The translations under genes were made by a program, and so were the position numbers. A model generated the notes under the pieces. The model was given only the letters and a program-made list of their open reading frames with translations, searched no databases and was not told the DNA's origin. 64,000 nucleotides of DNA from a virus: positions 32,001 to 96,000 of IMG/VR virus record IMGVR_UViG_3300045988_105168; one strand, written 5' to 3'. Of the stretch, positions 1 to 7,729 are shown one piece after another; the first letter of the stretch is position 1; each line of letters starts with the position of its first letter.

Positions 1-577
1 CAATATGTGTATCTTGCATAATATTGAATGTTGCTGTGTAATTGTATTCAACACCATCACGTTGTTTAAATCCTAAACCAACCTTCTTAGGTGTTTGTTT
101 ACCATTCTTTTCTTCTAACACATATTCATCTTTTCCTCTAACTGTTGCAATAATATGGATTGGCGCTTGTAAAATCTTTTCCATAAATGCATCGTGACGA
201 GGAGTCACTTTTGACCAGTTAGTCCAACTGTTTCCTGGCATCTTATCGTGAATATCTACACAATAATTCCATTCGTGTGAAATACTATCAATAATTAATA
301 CCTTGAACCCTGAGTCTACTGCTTCATTGATTGCTTCAATGTACTTTTCTGGAGTGAATGGTTCTGTTAGTTGCATATCACAAAAATCAAATTCGTTAGC
401 ATAATAACGAATACGACCAGCTTCAGTGTCTATTGCAGCAATTCCGCTTCCTCCACTTTTTCTTGCTAGACCCGTCGCTAAACGTAATGCGCTGTAGGTT
501 TTACCACTTCCACTTGAACCTCCTAACAATATCTTCGTCCAGATTTTTTCTTTTTTGGCTTTTTGAAATCCTGCCAT
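1..577 (-). CDS. Sak4-like RecA-fold ATPase (AAA_24-type), partial: 3' end lies beyond the window edge
   Basis: Own minus-strand translation from ATG 577-575 (GGAGGG upstream): MPGFQKAKKEKIWTKILLGGSSGSGKTYSALRLATGLARKSGGSGIAAIDTEAGRIRYYANEF...FKVLIIDSISHEWNY. Walker A GSGKT and Walker B-like VLIIDS. Absent from the ORF track because no stop lies in the window. Confidence 0.7.
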   Translation of the reverse strand, partial: MAGFQKAKKEKIWTKILLGGSSGSGKTYSALRLATGLARKSGGSGIAAIDTEAGRIRYYANEFDFCDMQLTEPFTPEKYIEAINEAVDSGFKVLIIDSISHEWNYCVDIHDKMPGNSWTNWSKVTPRHDAFMEKILQAPIHIIATVRGKDEYVLEEKNGKQTPKKVGLGFKQRDGVEYNYTATFNIMQDTHI

Positions 578-649
578 ACTTTCCCTCCTTCTGTTCTATA
601 GAATTGGCCTCTCATCTTCTACCCTGTGCTCAATTCTAAATAAATTATA

Positions 650-1708
650 CTATATTTTATCATAAATGTCAATAATTTTTTTTAAAATCTTGACAAACCT
701 TTTTATTTCGTGTAATGTATTCTGTTTACCTAAAGAAACACGTATTGTCTTCCTTGCATCTTCTTCGCTATATCCATAAGCCAATAGTATTTTAGACGGC
801 TCATCACTTGATGCATTACACGCACTACCTGCTGATACGGCAATACCCTCTTTATCTAATATGCCAACAGCAGTTTGAGCGTCTAGCTCATTAAAAGTTA
901 TATTCATAATGTTGTTATGATATGACATTTTTACGCCACTAAAATATAATTTAGAATAAATATAATTCATTAGTTTGCTATATTTCTCTTCTATCTCATA
1001 TCTGTTCTTATAAGCAAGTTCTAACGCTTTAGCCATTCCAACTATACCAGCAACATTTTCTGTTCCACCACGCAATTCGTGTTCTTGATGTCCATATATT
1101 AATGGTTTAAAGTTTTCTTGAAGGTCTCTACGAATAAACAATACACCTACACCTTTTGGAGCGCCAAATTTATGGCCACTAAAAGAAGCTGTCGCATACT
1201 TATATACTGGCTCATCTAAAGGTCTCATTACATAACTATCAGGGAACAAAGGTATCGCCGTTCTTTGTTCGTGTAGATTAATATATTCTTTACCAGCTGC
1301 CTGTGTTAAATCAACGTGACAACAATCAAAGCAGTCGTGATATATGTAATGTTTACCACCGACCTCACTATCAACCAATGGATAAGACATAATTTGAGCT
1401 TTACGAACATTGTTATTAGCCATTATCATTGAGTCGTGAGAGAATGGCGAACATTCACATTTAAAGTTTTTAGAAACCCACGAATTTGACTCGCTAGCAC
1501 CGCTTGTAAAGAATATTTCATCTTCGTAACACCCTAATAATTCAGCAATCTTTTCCCTCGCTTTATCAATAGCTAAACGGGCTTTTCTGCCCTCTTGATG
1601 AATACTGCTAGGATTTCCATATTCTGTCGTTAAATAAGGCATCATCGCTTTTAAAACACGCTTATCAATAGGTGTCGTAGCGGCGTTATCCAAATAAATT
1701 CTCTTCAC
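650..1708 (-). CDS. class V aminotransferase, NifS/IscS-like cysteine desulfurase
   Basis: N-terminal [12 protein letters not shown]-lysine motif [12 protein letters not shown] and active-site cysteine loop [10 protein letters not shown] are all present in the 352-aa ORF. Confidence 0.8.
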   Translation of the reverse strand: MKRIYLDNAATTPIDKRVLKAMMPYLTTEYGNPSSIHQEGRKARLAIDKAREKIAELLGCYEDEIFFTSGASESNSWVSKNFKCECSPFSHDSMIMANNNVRKAQIMSYPLVDSEVGGKHYIYHDCFDCCHVDLTQAAGKEYINLHEQRTAIPLFPDSYVMRPLDEPVYKYATASFSGHKFGAPKGVGVLFIRRDLQENFKPLIYGHQEHELRGGTENVAGIVGMAKALELAYKNRYEIEEKYSKLMNYIYSKLYFSGVKMSYHNNIMNITFNELDAQTAVGILDKEGIAVSAGSACNASSDEPSKILLAYGYSEEDARKTIRVSLGKQNTLHEIKRFVKILKKIIDIYDKI

Positions 1709-1739
1709 TCTATCACCTACCTCTCTCTATGTTAATTAA

Positions 1740-1768
1740 ATACTAACATATAATAGTGACTTTGTCAA
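1740..1768 (-). promoter_or_regulatory. sigma-A-type promoter for the desulfurase/Sak4 operon
   Basis: Minus strand TTGACA (1768-1763), 17 nt, TAGTAT (1745-1740) preceded by TGT (extended -10). Lies directly after the lysin terminator. Confidence 0.6.
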
Positions 1769-1773
1769 GATAG

Positions 1774-1802
1774 AAAAAAATGGGCTACATCGCTGTAGCC
1801 CA
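1774..1802 (-). terminator. rho-independent terminator after the endolysin
   Basis: Minus strand TGGGCTACA-gcga-TGTAGCCCA (perfect 9-bp stem) followed by T7, a few nt after the endolysin stop. Confidence 0.8.
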
Positions 1803-1809
1803 TTATTCA

Positions 1810-2895
1810 TTATCTGATTGTTAAAACTTGTCCTGGTTTAATTAAATTAGGGTTATTACCAATTACAAATTTATTCTTAGCATATAATTCTTGCCAAGAC
1901 ATACCATATTTAGCAGCAATTCCTGATAAAGTATCACCAGATTTTACTGTATATGTAACTGTTTCTCCTGCTAATCTAATAGAGCTTTCATTCATCCATC
2001 CTAAATCACCAGTTGTGTTATAAGGATGAGGTGCACCAGCTGCATATCTTGTAATATAAGTAGTTTTATTACTTACATTTCCAGATGCATTGGCAGCAGT
2101 TGAACTCTTATATAATGCTCCATTAATAATAACCTTTGTTCCAATAGCAAATTTTTGAGTTGGTGTTGGTTTTGGTTCTTCATATTTAGTGATAGAAGCT
2201 TCGTCCATCCAACCTAAATCTCCAGTAGTATTATATGGATGTGCAGCCCCAGATACCTTACGAGTAATGTTTGTAATCTTGTTACTTACACTACCTGCTG
2301 GAGATGATGCATTTGAGCTCTTATATAAAGCTCCGTTAATTACAACTTTATCTCCAATATTAAATTTACCACTTGGACTTGGTGTTGGCGCTGGAGTTGG
2401 TTCATCAGGTACTGCTGGATTATAAATAAATCCTCTAAATGTGTATCCTGAACCTAATCCCCATCTTCCATTAGAATTATATCTGTGAGAGTTCCAGAAA
2501 GCACTTCCACCATATCCAGACTCAGAAGTGTATACGTGGTTGTTATCATATACTGCTTCAACAACAGCTACGTGTCCAGCACCATCGTTACCGCTTAATG
2601 TAGCACCTTTTTGCCAACACATAATAGCTCCAACTTTAGGTGTTTGACCAATTTTTAAACCAGCCTCTTTTGCTCTTTCAATAAAGTTTTCAGCGTTACA
2701 GCATAAAGTTTTATACTTCATAGACCCAATTATTTCATTAAATCTACCACAAGCATATCCTACACAGTTTGCTAGAACATTACATCCTGGGTCAGTTGGA
2801 TTACCATTGATACACCAAGAATATCCGCCATTATTGCCATTGTTATAAAACTTATTACCAGCACTAGGTTTACTTGTTCTCATTGTGAAAGCCAT
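1810..2895 (-). CDS. endolysin: N-terminal CHAP/NlpC-P60-type peptidase, two SH3b-like wall-binding repeats, C-terminal LysM
   Basis: Cys/His peptidase region (NCVGYACGRF...GHVAVVEAV). Two roughly 60-aa repeats (KFxIGxKVxINGALYKSS...HPYNTTGDLGWM). Lys[18 protein letters not shown]...PGQVLTI. Likely start is ATG 2895 (AGGAGG 9 nt upstream), not the track's TTG at 2904. Confidence 0.8.
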   Translation of the reverse strand: MAFTMRTSKPSAGNKFYNNGNNGGYSWCINGNPTDPGCNVLANCVGYACGRFNEIIGSMKYKTLCCNAENFIERAKEAGLKIGQTPKVGAIMCWQKGATLSGNDGAGHVAVVEAVYDNNHVYTSESGYGGSAFWNSHRYNSNGRWGLGSGYTFRGFIYNPAVPDEPTPAPTPSPSGKFNIGDKVVINGALYKSSNASSPAGSVSNKITNITRKVSGAAHPYNTTGDLGWMDEASITKYEEPKPTPTQKFAIGTKVIINGALYKSSTAANASGNVSNKTTYITRYAAGAPHPYNTTGDLGWMNESSIRLAGETVTYTVKSGDTLSGIAAKYGMSWQELYAKNKFVIGNNPNLIKPGQVLTIR

Positions 2896-2896
2896 A

Positions 2897-3040
2897 TTAT
2901 TCAACCTCCTCTACGTTTTCAATTATTGTGTCTTCTGTACAAAGTACATCAAACCCATCCTCGTTGAAAGTTGTTTGGATTTCTAAATCCTCAGGCATTT
3001 CAACTACTTCTTCAATAATTTCTTCTTTTTTCTTTGCCAT
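2897..3040 (-). CDS. small acidic protein (47 aa) between holin and endolysin
   Basis: Own translation MAKKKEEIIEEVVEMPEDLEIQTTFNEDGFDVLCTEDTIIENVEEVE. GGAGGAATG-type SD upstream of ATG 3040. Below the track's size cut-off. Confidence 0.4.
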   Translation of the reverse strand: MAKKKEEIIEEVVEMPEDLEIQTTFNEDGFDVLCTEDTIIENVEEVE

Positions 3041-3053
3041 TTTTCATTCCTCC

Positions 3054-3398
3054 TTATTTTTCATTATTTGAGTTTACAGGTACATTTACCGTTAATAAGT
3101 CTTTAATCTTCATTAAGACTTTACCTGCATAAACTAAGTTCGCAGCTTTAATTAATAATGTTGCTCCTGTTAATGTAGTAACCATTTCACCATTAATTTC
3201 AGCCACTTCCATTGGGTAAATATAAGTTGACGCAAAAGCTAAAGCTAACCCAATTAAAAAGAAGGCAGCTTTGCTAATGCCTCCAACTAATTTTTCTTTG
3301 TTGTATTCTTGTTTAAAATCGGCTAACTTTTTACCCATAATAATGTTAGCCACCATTAAACATATTAAAGATAATACAACTGCAATATACTCTGGCAT
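3054..3398 (-). CDS. holin-like membrane protein
   Basis: 114 aa with 2-3 hydrophobic helices (YIAVVLSLICLMVANIIMG, AAFFLIGLALAFAS) and a polar C-tail, immediately upstream of the endolysin. Confidence 0.6.
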   Translation of the reverse strand: MPEYIAVVLSLICLMVANIIMGKKLADFKQEYNKEKLVGGISKAAFFLIGLALAFASTYIYPMEVAEINGEMVTTLTGATLLIKAANLVYAGKVLMKIKDLLTVNVPVNSNNEK

Positions 3399-3410
3399 TT
3401 AAATTCCTCC

Positions 3411-4490
3411 TTAAATAACCTTAAATTTTTCCTTTTTTACTTCTACGAACGAACCACCATTTTGGCTTGTGTACATTTTGTATCTAGTAAATCCACCACC
3501 ATTTTGAGATACGTAGATATATTTGTCAGATACAACCGTAACTGAATTGCTTCCATTTACCGCAGTTGTTCCACTACCGCTCCAATGTTTATTACCAGCC
3601 CAATCATAACAATATGCAAATATACTTGTCGTAGCAACATCCCCAGGTACAAAACCTAAAGCTTCAAATGTTCCAAAGGTATAGGTAACCGCTGTACTAT
3701 CGGTGTCTATACATTGTATTTCAGTACCATTTTTATACAAACGAATTCTATATCCGCCTATTGCTGTAGAGCCAGCTGATGCCGCCGTCCAAGTTGCTTT
3801 AATATTTGCCTTTGGTATTGGTTCACTTTGGTCATAGGTTAATACTGGTGCACCTGGGTTACCTGGAGCGTAGAAGGCCGTCGTAAAACTTGTAACGGCT
3901 GTATACGCCCTACCAGCACTATTAGCCGCGTTTCCTCGTAAATAATATGTTCTATTCGGTGTTAACCCAGTAATAGTACCTGCTTTACTACTAATACCCG
4001 CTACTACAGTACCAAAGTTTGTTAATGATGCATCGATATAACCATCGGATGGAGCTTCACCATTATTGTTAGACACACTAAACGAAGCGTAAACCGACGT
4101 ATCTTTAACACTACTATAACTAATTGCACTCAGTGTTGGTTTAAAAATATACGCAGACATTGTAAAATTACCACCGTGGTTATCTGTACGATTATAAAAT
4201 ACATATCCTGTAAAATATACAGTTATGGTTTTTGAACTTGCTCCGTTACCTATCCATACACTACCACTTGTACTACCAACTTTTGCTGGGAATGCATAAG
4301 TATTCCAAGCAACCGTACCTGGATTGTATACTGTCGTACCGTTAATCTTAACATTTACATTATAAATAGTATAGTAATTGCTACTACTATTACCAGTAGA
4401 ATATAATGCCCATTTCGCATACCCACCATCTTGCCAAACATCTAGTTGTAAATATCTCCCATCATAAGTATTACTATAAAAAGTAGCCAT
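3411..4490 (-). CDS. tail fibre-associated structural protein with FN3-like segments
   Basis: 359 aa, Ser/Thr/Gly/Asn-rich beta-type sequence with an FN3-like stretch (PGAPVLTYDQS...ATWTAASAGSTAIGGYRIRLYKNG). Sits between the fibre cassettes and the holin. Confidence 0.45.
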   Translation of the reverse strand: MATFYSNTYDGRYLQLDVWQDGGYAKWALYSTGNSSSNYYTIYNVNVKINGTTVYNPGTVAWNTYAFPAKVGSTSGSVWIGNGASSKTITVYFTGYVFYNRTDNHGGNFTMSAYIFKPTLSAISYSSVKDTSVYASFSVSNNNGEAPSDGYIDASLTNFGTVVAGISSKAGTITGLTPNRTYYLRGNAANSAGRAYTAVTSFTTAFYAPGNPGAPVLTYDQSEPIPKANIKATWTAASAGSTAIGGYRIRLYKNGTEIQCIDTDSTAVTYTFGTFEALGFVPGDVATTSIFAYCYDWAGNKHWSGSGTTAVNGSNSVTVVSDKYIYVSQNGGGFTRYKMYTSQNGGSFVEVKKEKFKVI

Positions 4491-4501
4491 CTACTCACCT
4501 C

Positions 4502-4900
4502 CTAACTTGCAGTATTTATCCATATAATTGTCTTTCCGCTTTGTGCTGATGGTTGTGTTGAACTAACTTTGATAATTGTATTCCCATCGCTCATTACACC
4601 ATAAGCATTTACGGCTTCTTTTACTCTTGCTGGCGTCATTACTTTATTTGTGATTGCACCAGCAGTTGCTTCGGCAGTTGTTGCAGCTGCTAATGATAAT
4701 GTTCCATCACTAAGATTTAAACCGTTACCAGTAGTAACTTTGATATGACCAAAAGCCGATGTTGTTGCTACACCAAAATCAGTTGTTGTTGACGCGTGAT
4801 TTTTTGTAGCCTTATTTGTATAAAGGTCTGTGAAATTTTCATTTAAAATATTTCTAAACACAGCACCTGATATACCATTATTTAAGGTTTGTTGTGCCAT
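4502..4900 (-). CDS. short tail fibre protein
   Basis: 132 aa. Contains a fibre-type motif AEATAGAITNKVMTPARVKEAV. Strong SD AAGGAGG upstream. Confidence 0.45.
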   Translation of the reverse strand: MAQQTLNNGISGAVFRNILNENFTDLYTNKATKNHASTTTDFGVATTSAFGHIKVTTGNGLNLSDGTLSLAAATTAEATAGAITNKVMTPARVKEAVNAYGVMSDGNTIIKVSSTQPSAQSGKTIIWINTAS

Positions 4901-4926
4901 ATAATCTCCTCCTTTTTAATTTAACT

Positions 4927-5445
4927 TTATGCGGTTCTTTTCCAAACAAATACATCAACTGTTGCTATATTATGCGAATGTGCGCCTCCGCCACCCGTAT
5001 TTTGATTGGTGGCTGTAGCCGCTCTTGTAGATACGTTATCATAAGGCGCACCAGTACTTGACCTTGACCAACCTAATTCAATACATCCAGTACTCCCATA
5101 AGTGGTTGAAACAACTATTGTATCCCCTGAACTACCGCTGTCATTATGCCTTAAACCGTGATGCTTGTGTGAATTTTGGGTATGGGTATGACTTGGCATT
5201 TGAGATACTGTTAATGTGTGTCCTTGAGTTCCCCATCCAACATAGTCTGTTTTACCAATACTAGATTGAGCCGCATATAAATATCCACCATATAATTGCT
5301 CCCAAGTACCACCAAAGTAGGTTGATGGATTTGTTTTATTAATTGACAAATAAATTGAACCAACTGGATATAAATCTTTTATATCAAGTGGTGTTATTGA
5401 TACATTTTTATTATTGTTATATATTCTTCCATATGGTTTTGCCAT
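4927..5445 (-). CDS. tail-collar (MdpB-like) fibre-tip protein, cassette 4
   Basis: PVGSIYLS...NPSTYFGGTWEQ, HTLTVSQMPSHTH, GGGGAHSHN and C-terminal VWKRTA. Paralogous to 6047-6625 and 6655-7217. No SD upstream of the ATG. Confidence 0.65.
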   Translation of the reverse strand: MAKPYGRIYNNNKNVSITPLDIKDLYPVGSIYLSINKTNPSTYFGGTWEQLYGGYLYAAQSSIGKTDYVGWGTQGHTLTVSQMPSHTHTQNSHKHHGLRHNDSGSSGDTIVVSTTYGSTGCIELGWSRSSTGAPYDNVSTRAATATNQNTGGGGAHSHNIATVDVFVWKRTA

Positions 5446-5466
5446 AAATTTCGGTTTATCGTGATA

Positions 5467-6016
5467 TTAAGCCGTACGTCTCCATACATAATTACTTGTG
5501 TTATAGACATCTATTTTAAAAGCCTTTAAACCAATACTATCTAATGTTCGCCCTGTTGCACTCCAAGATTGTAAATACACTGTAACTGGAGTAGATGTTA
5601 CAATTACATCAACGACCTGTCCACTATATTTGTTACCATCACTACAATGAACTGATTGTCTAGTATAAGCACCTCGTGAAGAAAGTTGTAATGTAAAACC
5701 TGTGCCACTACCATAACCAGAAGCAGAACCAATAAGTAACCATCTACCTTGTGGTAATGTAATAGACGCATTACTTATCCAAGTCGCTCTTGCTTCATCA
5801 GTTAACACCAACCCATTTACTTCCAATGTCTCATCTATTTGAGACCATTCTCCTCCAAATAAAGTTCTAGGGTTGACATTATTAGTACTGATATATATAG
5901 AGCCTGTAGGCTGTATACTATCACTTAATAACCTGCCCCCCCCCCTCACAATAGATACTCTTGTCAGAGATTAGGACAGGCAAATCTTTTACTTTTACTT
6001 TTCCATAATTCGCCAT
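5467..6016 (-). CDS. fibre-tip protein, cassette 3, interrupted by a frame offset at a G10 tract
   Basis: ATG 6016 gives MANYGKVKVKDLPVLISDKSIYCE, then the G10 run. The body RLLSDSIQPTGSIYISTNNVNPRTLFGGEWSQ...VWRRTA is open to 5467 in the frame reached with G9. The track shows only the GTG-started body (5467-5949). Confidence 0.6.
5936..5945 (-). repeat. homopolymeric G10 tract (C10 on the plus strand) inside cassette 3
   Basis: Counted directly: c5936-c5945. Confidence 0.95.
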
Positions 6017-6046
6017 AAAAATTTTATAGTTAATTAATCTTTACTT

Positions 6047-6625
6047 TTAAGCTGTACGTTTCCAAATGTAAACTACTAAGTACGGCATTAAATTGTTATG
6101 ATTACCACCACCACCAGTACTATTTGTAGTTCCATCGTGTTGGTGGGCTGATTTATTATTACCCGCATATGTCAACCACTCATTTAATCTATAATTTGTA
6201 GACCACCCCATACCACTATTGCCTATGAAGTCATTATTACTAGCGGCGCCTGCGCCAGCAGAATAATAAGCTATTTCGTGTCTGTGATGGCCACCAACAT
6301 TTGTAAGAAAATAATGTGTATGACTGGGCATTTCTGAAGTTGTTATTTTATGTGTAACCTCACCACCCATATTACCAGCATAAGCTACAAAGCTCCCTGC
6401 GTTAACAGTACCACACCAGTTGTCATTATTTGCCACAATAGTTCCTTCACCAACCAAAGTACGACCCTGAGCTATTTTTATCCAAGTACCACCAAAGTAA
6501 GTTGATGGATTTGTAGAATTAACACTAATATATACAGACCCGATAGGCCATACATCATAAGTATCAATCCCCATTATAGAAACGTTCTTTCCTTTTTGAT
6601 AAAGTCGACCATAAGGTTTTGCCAT
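6047..6625 (-). CDS. tail-collar (MdpB-like) fibre-tip protein, cassette 2
   Basis: PIGSVYISVNSTNPSTYFGGTW, HKITTSEMPSHTHY, GGGGNHNNLMPYLVVYIWKRTA. No SD upstream. Confidence 0.65.
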   Translation of the reverse strand: MAKPYGRLYQKGKNVSIMGIDTYDVWPIGSVYISVNSTNPSTYFGGTWIKIAQGRTLVGEGTIVANNDNWCGTVNAGSFVAYAGNMGGEVTHKITTSEMPSHTHYFLTNVGGHHRHEIAYYSAGAGAASNNDFIGNSGMGWSTNYRLNEWLTYAGNNKSAHQHDGTTNSTGGGGNHNNLMPYLVVYIWKRTA

Positions 6626-6654
6626 AATACTCGACGCTTCGGTTTATTATTTAT

Positions 6655-7217
6655 TTAAGCTGTTCTTTGCCATATATAAACCGCCATATAAGGCATTACG
6701 TTATTATGCCATCCTCCGCCACCTGTGTTTTGCATTGCAATACTGTTACTCCATCCTTTTGTATCCATACTGTAAAGGTAATCCCAGTTATTATAGCTTA
6801 ATGTAGCTAACGCATCTGAATTGTTGTTATAAGGATTATAACCATTACTATTCTTATTTAATGCTGTAACTTTATGGCAATGAGCTGGCATCTCACTTGT
6901 TGTTAGGTAATGATTATATTGGCCGCCCATTTCACCAGCCCAGAAACTATAATTATTATTATTAAGTGTTCCACACCAATTAGTGTTATTATCTGAAGGG
7001 TCTCCAACACCAACTAAGCATCTACCTTGACAAATCTGTGTCCAAGTGCCCCCAAATAAATCTTTAGGGTTTGTGGCGCTCATTGTTAAATAAATACTAC
7101 CGACAGGATAAACTAAATCAAACAGTTTATCGAGCGTCTTGCCCCCCCCTCATACAGTATTGAACTTGCATTTATAAGGACGGGACTATTTTTTACATAT
7201 GTTTTTCCTTTATTCAT
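6655..7217 (-). CDS. tail-collar (MdpB-like) fibre-tip protein, cassette 1, interrupted by a frame offset at a G8 tract
   Basis: ATG 7217 gives MNKGKTYVKNSPVLINASSILYE, then the G8 run. The body frame is open from the tract: GGGKTLDKLFDLVYPVGSIYLTMSATNPKDLFGGTW...GGGGWHNNVMPYMAVYIWQRTA. The track shows only the part from the internal ATG 7083. Confidence 0.6.
7142..7149 (-). repeat. homopolymeric G8 tract (C8 on the plus strand) inside cassette 1
   Basis: Counted directly: c7142-c7149. Confidence 0.95.
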
Positions 7218-7230
7218 AAGTTAAATCGTA

Positions 7231-7309
7231 AAGATTGTCATACCAAAAAGAGGTATACTAACTATAATATACCTCCTTTCTCTCGAAAGTTAGAAGGCAC
7301 GACAATCTT
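7231..7309 (-). terminator. compound hairpin with an intrinsic-terminator core between the leader ORF and cassette 1
   Basis: Minus strand inner stem GGAGGTATA (7276-7268) / TATACCTC(T) (7257-7249), 10-nt loop, then TTTTT. Outer 14-bp stem AAGATTGTCGTGCC (7309-7296) / GGTATGACAATCTT (7244-7231), allowing G-U pairs. Confidence 0.55.
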
Positions 7310-7349
7310 AGCGATGTGTCGCCCCCCCCCTAATCATATAATTTCTCAT
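7308..7349 (-). promoter_or_regulatory. 13-codon leader ORF carrying a G9 tract
   Basis: AAAAGGAGT SD, then ATG 7349: MRNYMIRGGATHR, stop at 7310-7308 at the foot of the hairpin. This is the only strong SD in the whole 4927-7349 fibre-cassette stretch. Confidence 0.4.
7322..7330 (-). repeat. homopolymeric G9 tract (C9 on the plus strand) inside the leader ORF
   Basis: Counted directly: c7322-c7330. Confidence 0.95.
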
Positions 7350-7371
7350 TAAAAATCACTCCTTTTATTCA

Positions 7372-7728
7372 TTAATATTCACCTGTTTTAACGAAGATTA
7401 GAGCGTTATCTTCTAAATACTTTACACGGTCTGCGATTGAGGTTCCTTTACCGTGTTTTAATGCAACCCAAGAATTTGATAAACGTCCATTTTTAGTACA
7501 TAATTCTACTGAGTCACCAACTGACAAACTTTCAGTACTTTTATTTAAGACATTATTTACTCTTCTTGCATTATCGGGTGGAATTGTAACGTTAACTGTA
7601 CCATCAGAATTAATCTGTGTTACAACCGCTGCAACAAAGGAAGTTATACCATAACTCGCTAAACGAGCATCTACAATGTCCTCAATTACTTTTTTAAATT
7701 CCTCTAATTGTCTTGCATCAAAATTCAC
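7372..7728 (-). CDS. small distal-tail/baseplate module protein
   Basis: 118-aa ORF abutting the 421-aa structural gene. Function inferred from position only. Confidence 0.4.
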   Translation of the reverse strand: MNFDARQLEEFKKVIEDIVDARLASYGITSFVAAVVTQINSDGTVNVTIPPDNARRVNNVLNKSTESLSVGDSVELCTKNGRLSNSWVALKHGKGTSIADRVKYLEDNALIFVKTGEY

Positions 7729-7729
7729 G

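Noticed and set aside
5446-6654. Possible Gin/Hin-type invertase crossover sites (ATAAACCGA(A/G) conserved just upstream of cassettes 2 and 4), which would suggest a shufflon or G-segment-like inversion system.
   Set aside because: Only the left half resembles ..AAACC-GA. The right halves are not inverted copies. All four cassettes face the same way, and no recombinase gene is in the window. The shared word more likely reflects duplication history.
4927-7217. Diversity-generating retroelement acting on the fibre cassettes.
   Set aside because: There is no reverse transcriptase in the window and no template/variable repeat pair with adenine-specific differences. The cassettes are diverged paralogues along their whole length.
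7113-7349. Translational bypassing (gene-60-like hopping) from the leader GGG codons to the GGG run of cassette 1.
   Set aside because: It is attractive because of GGG take-off/landing codons, a nearby stop and a hairpin. But the gap is about 170 nt and contains a terminator-like structure and an independent ATG-led N-terminal peptide. Slippage-based phase variation explains the data more simply. It is kept only as a remote alternative.
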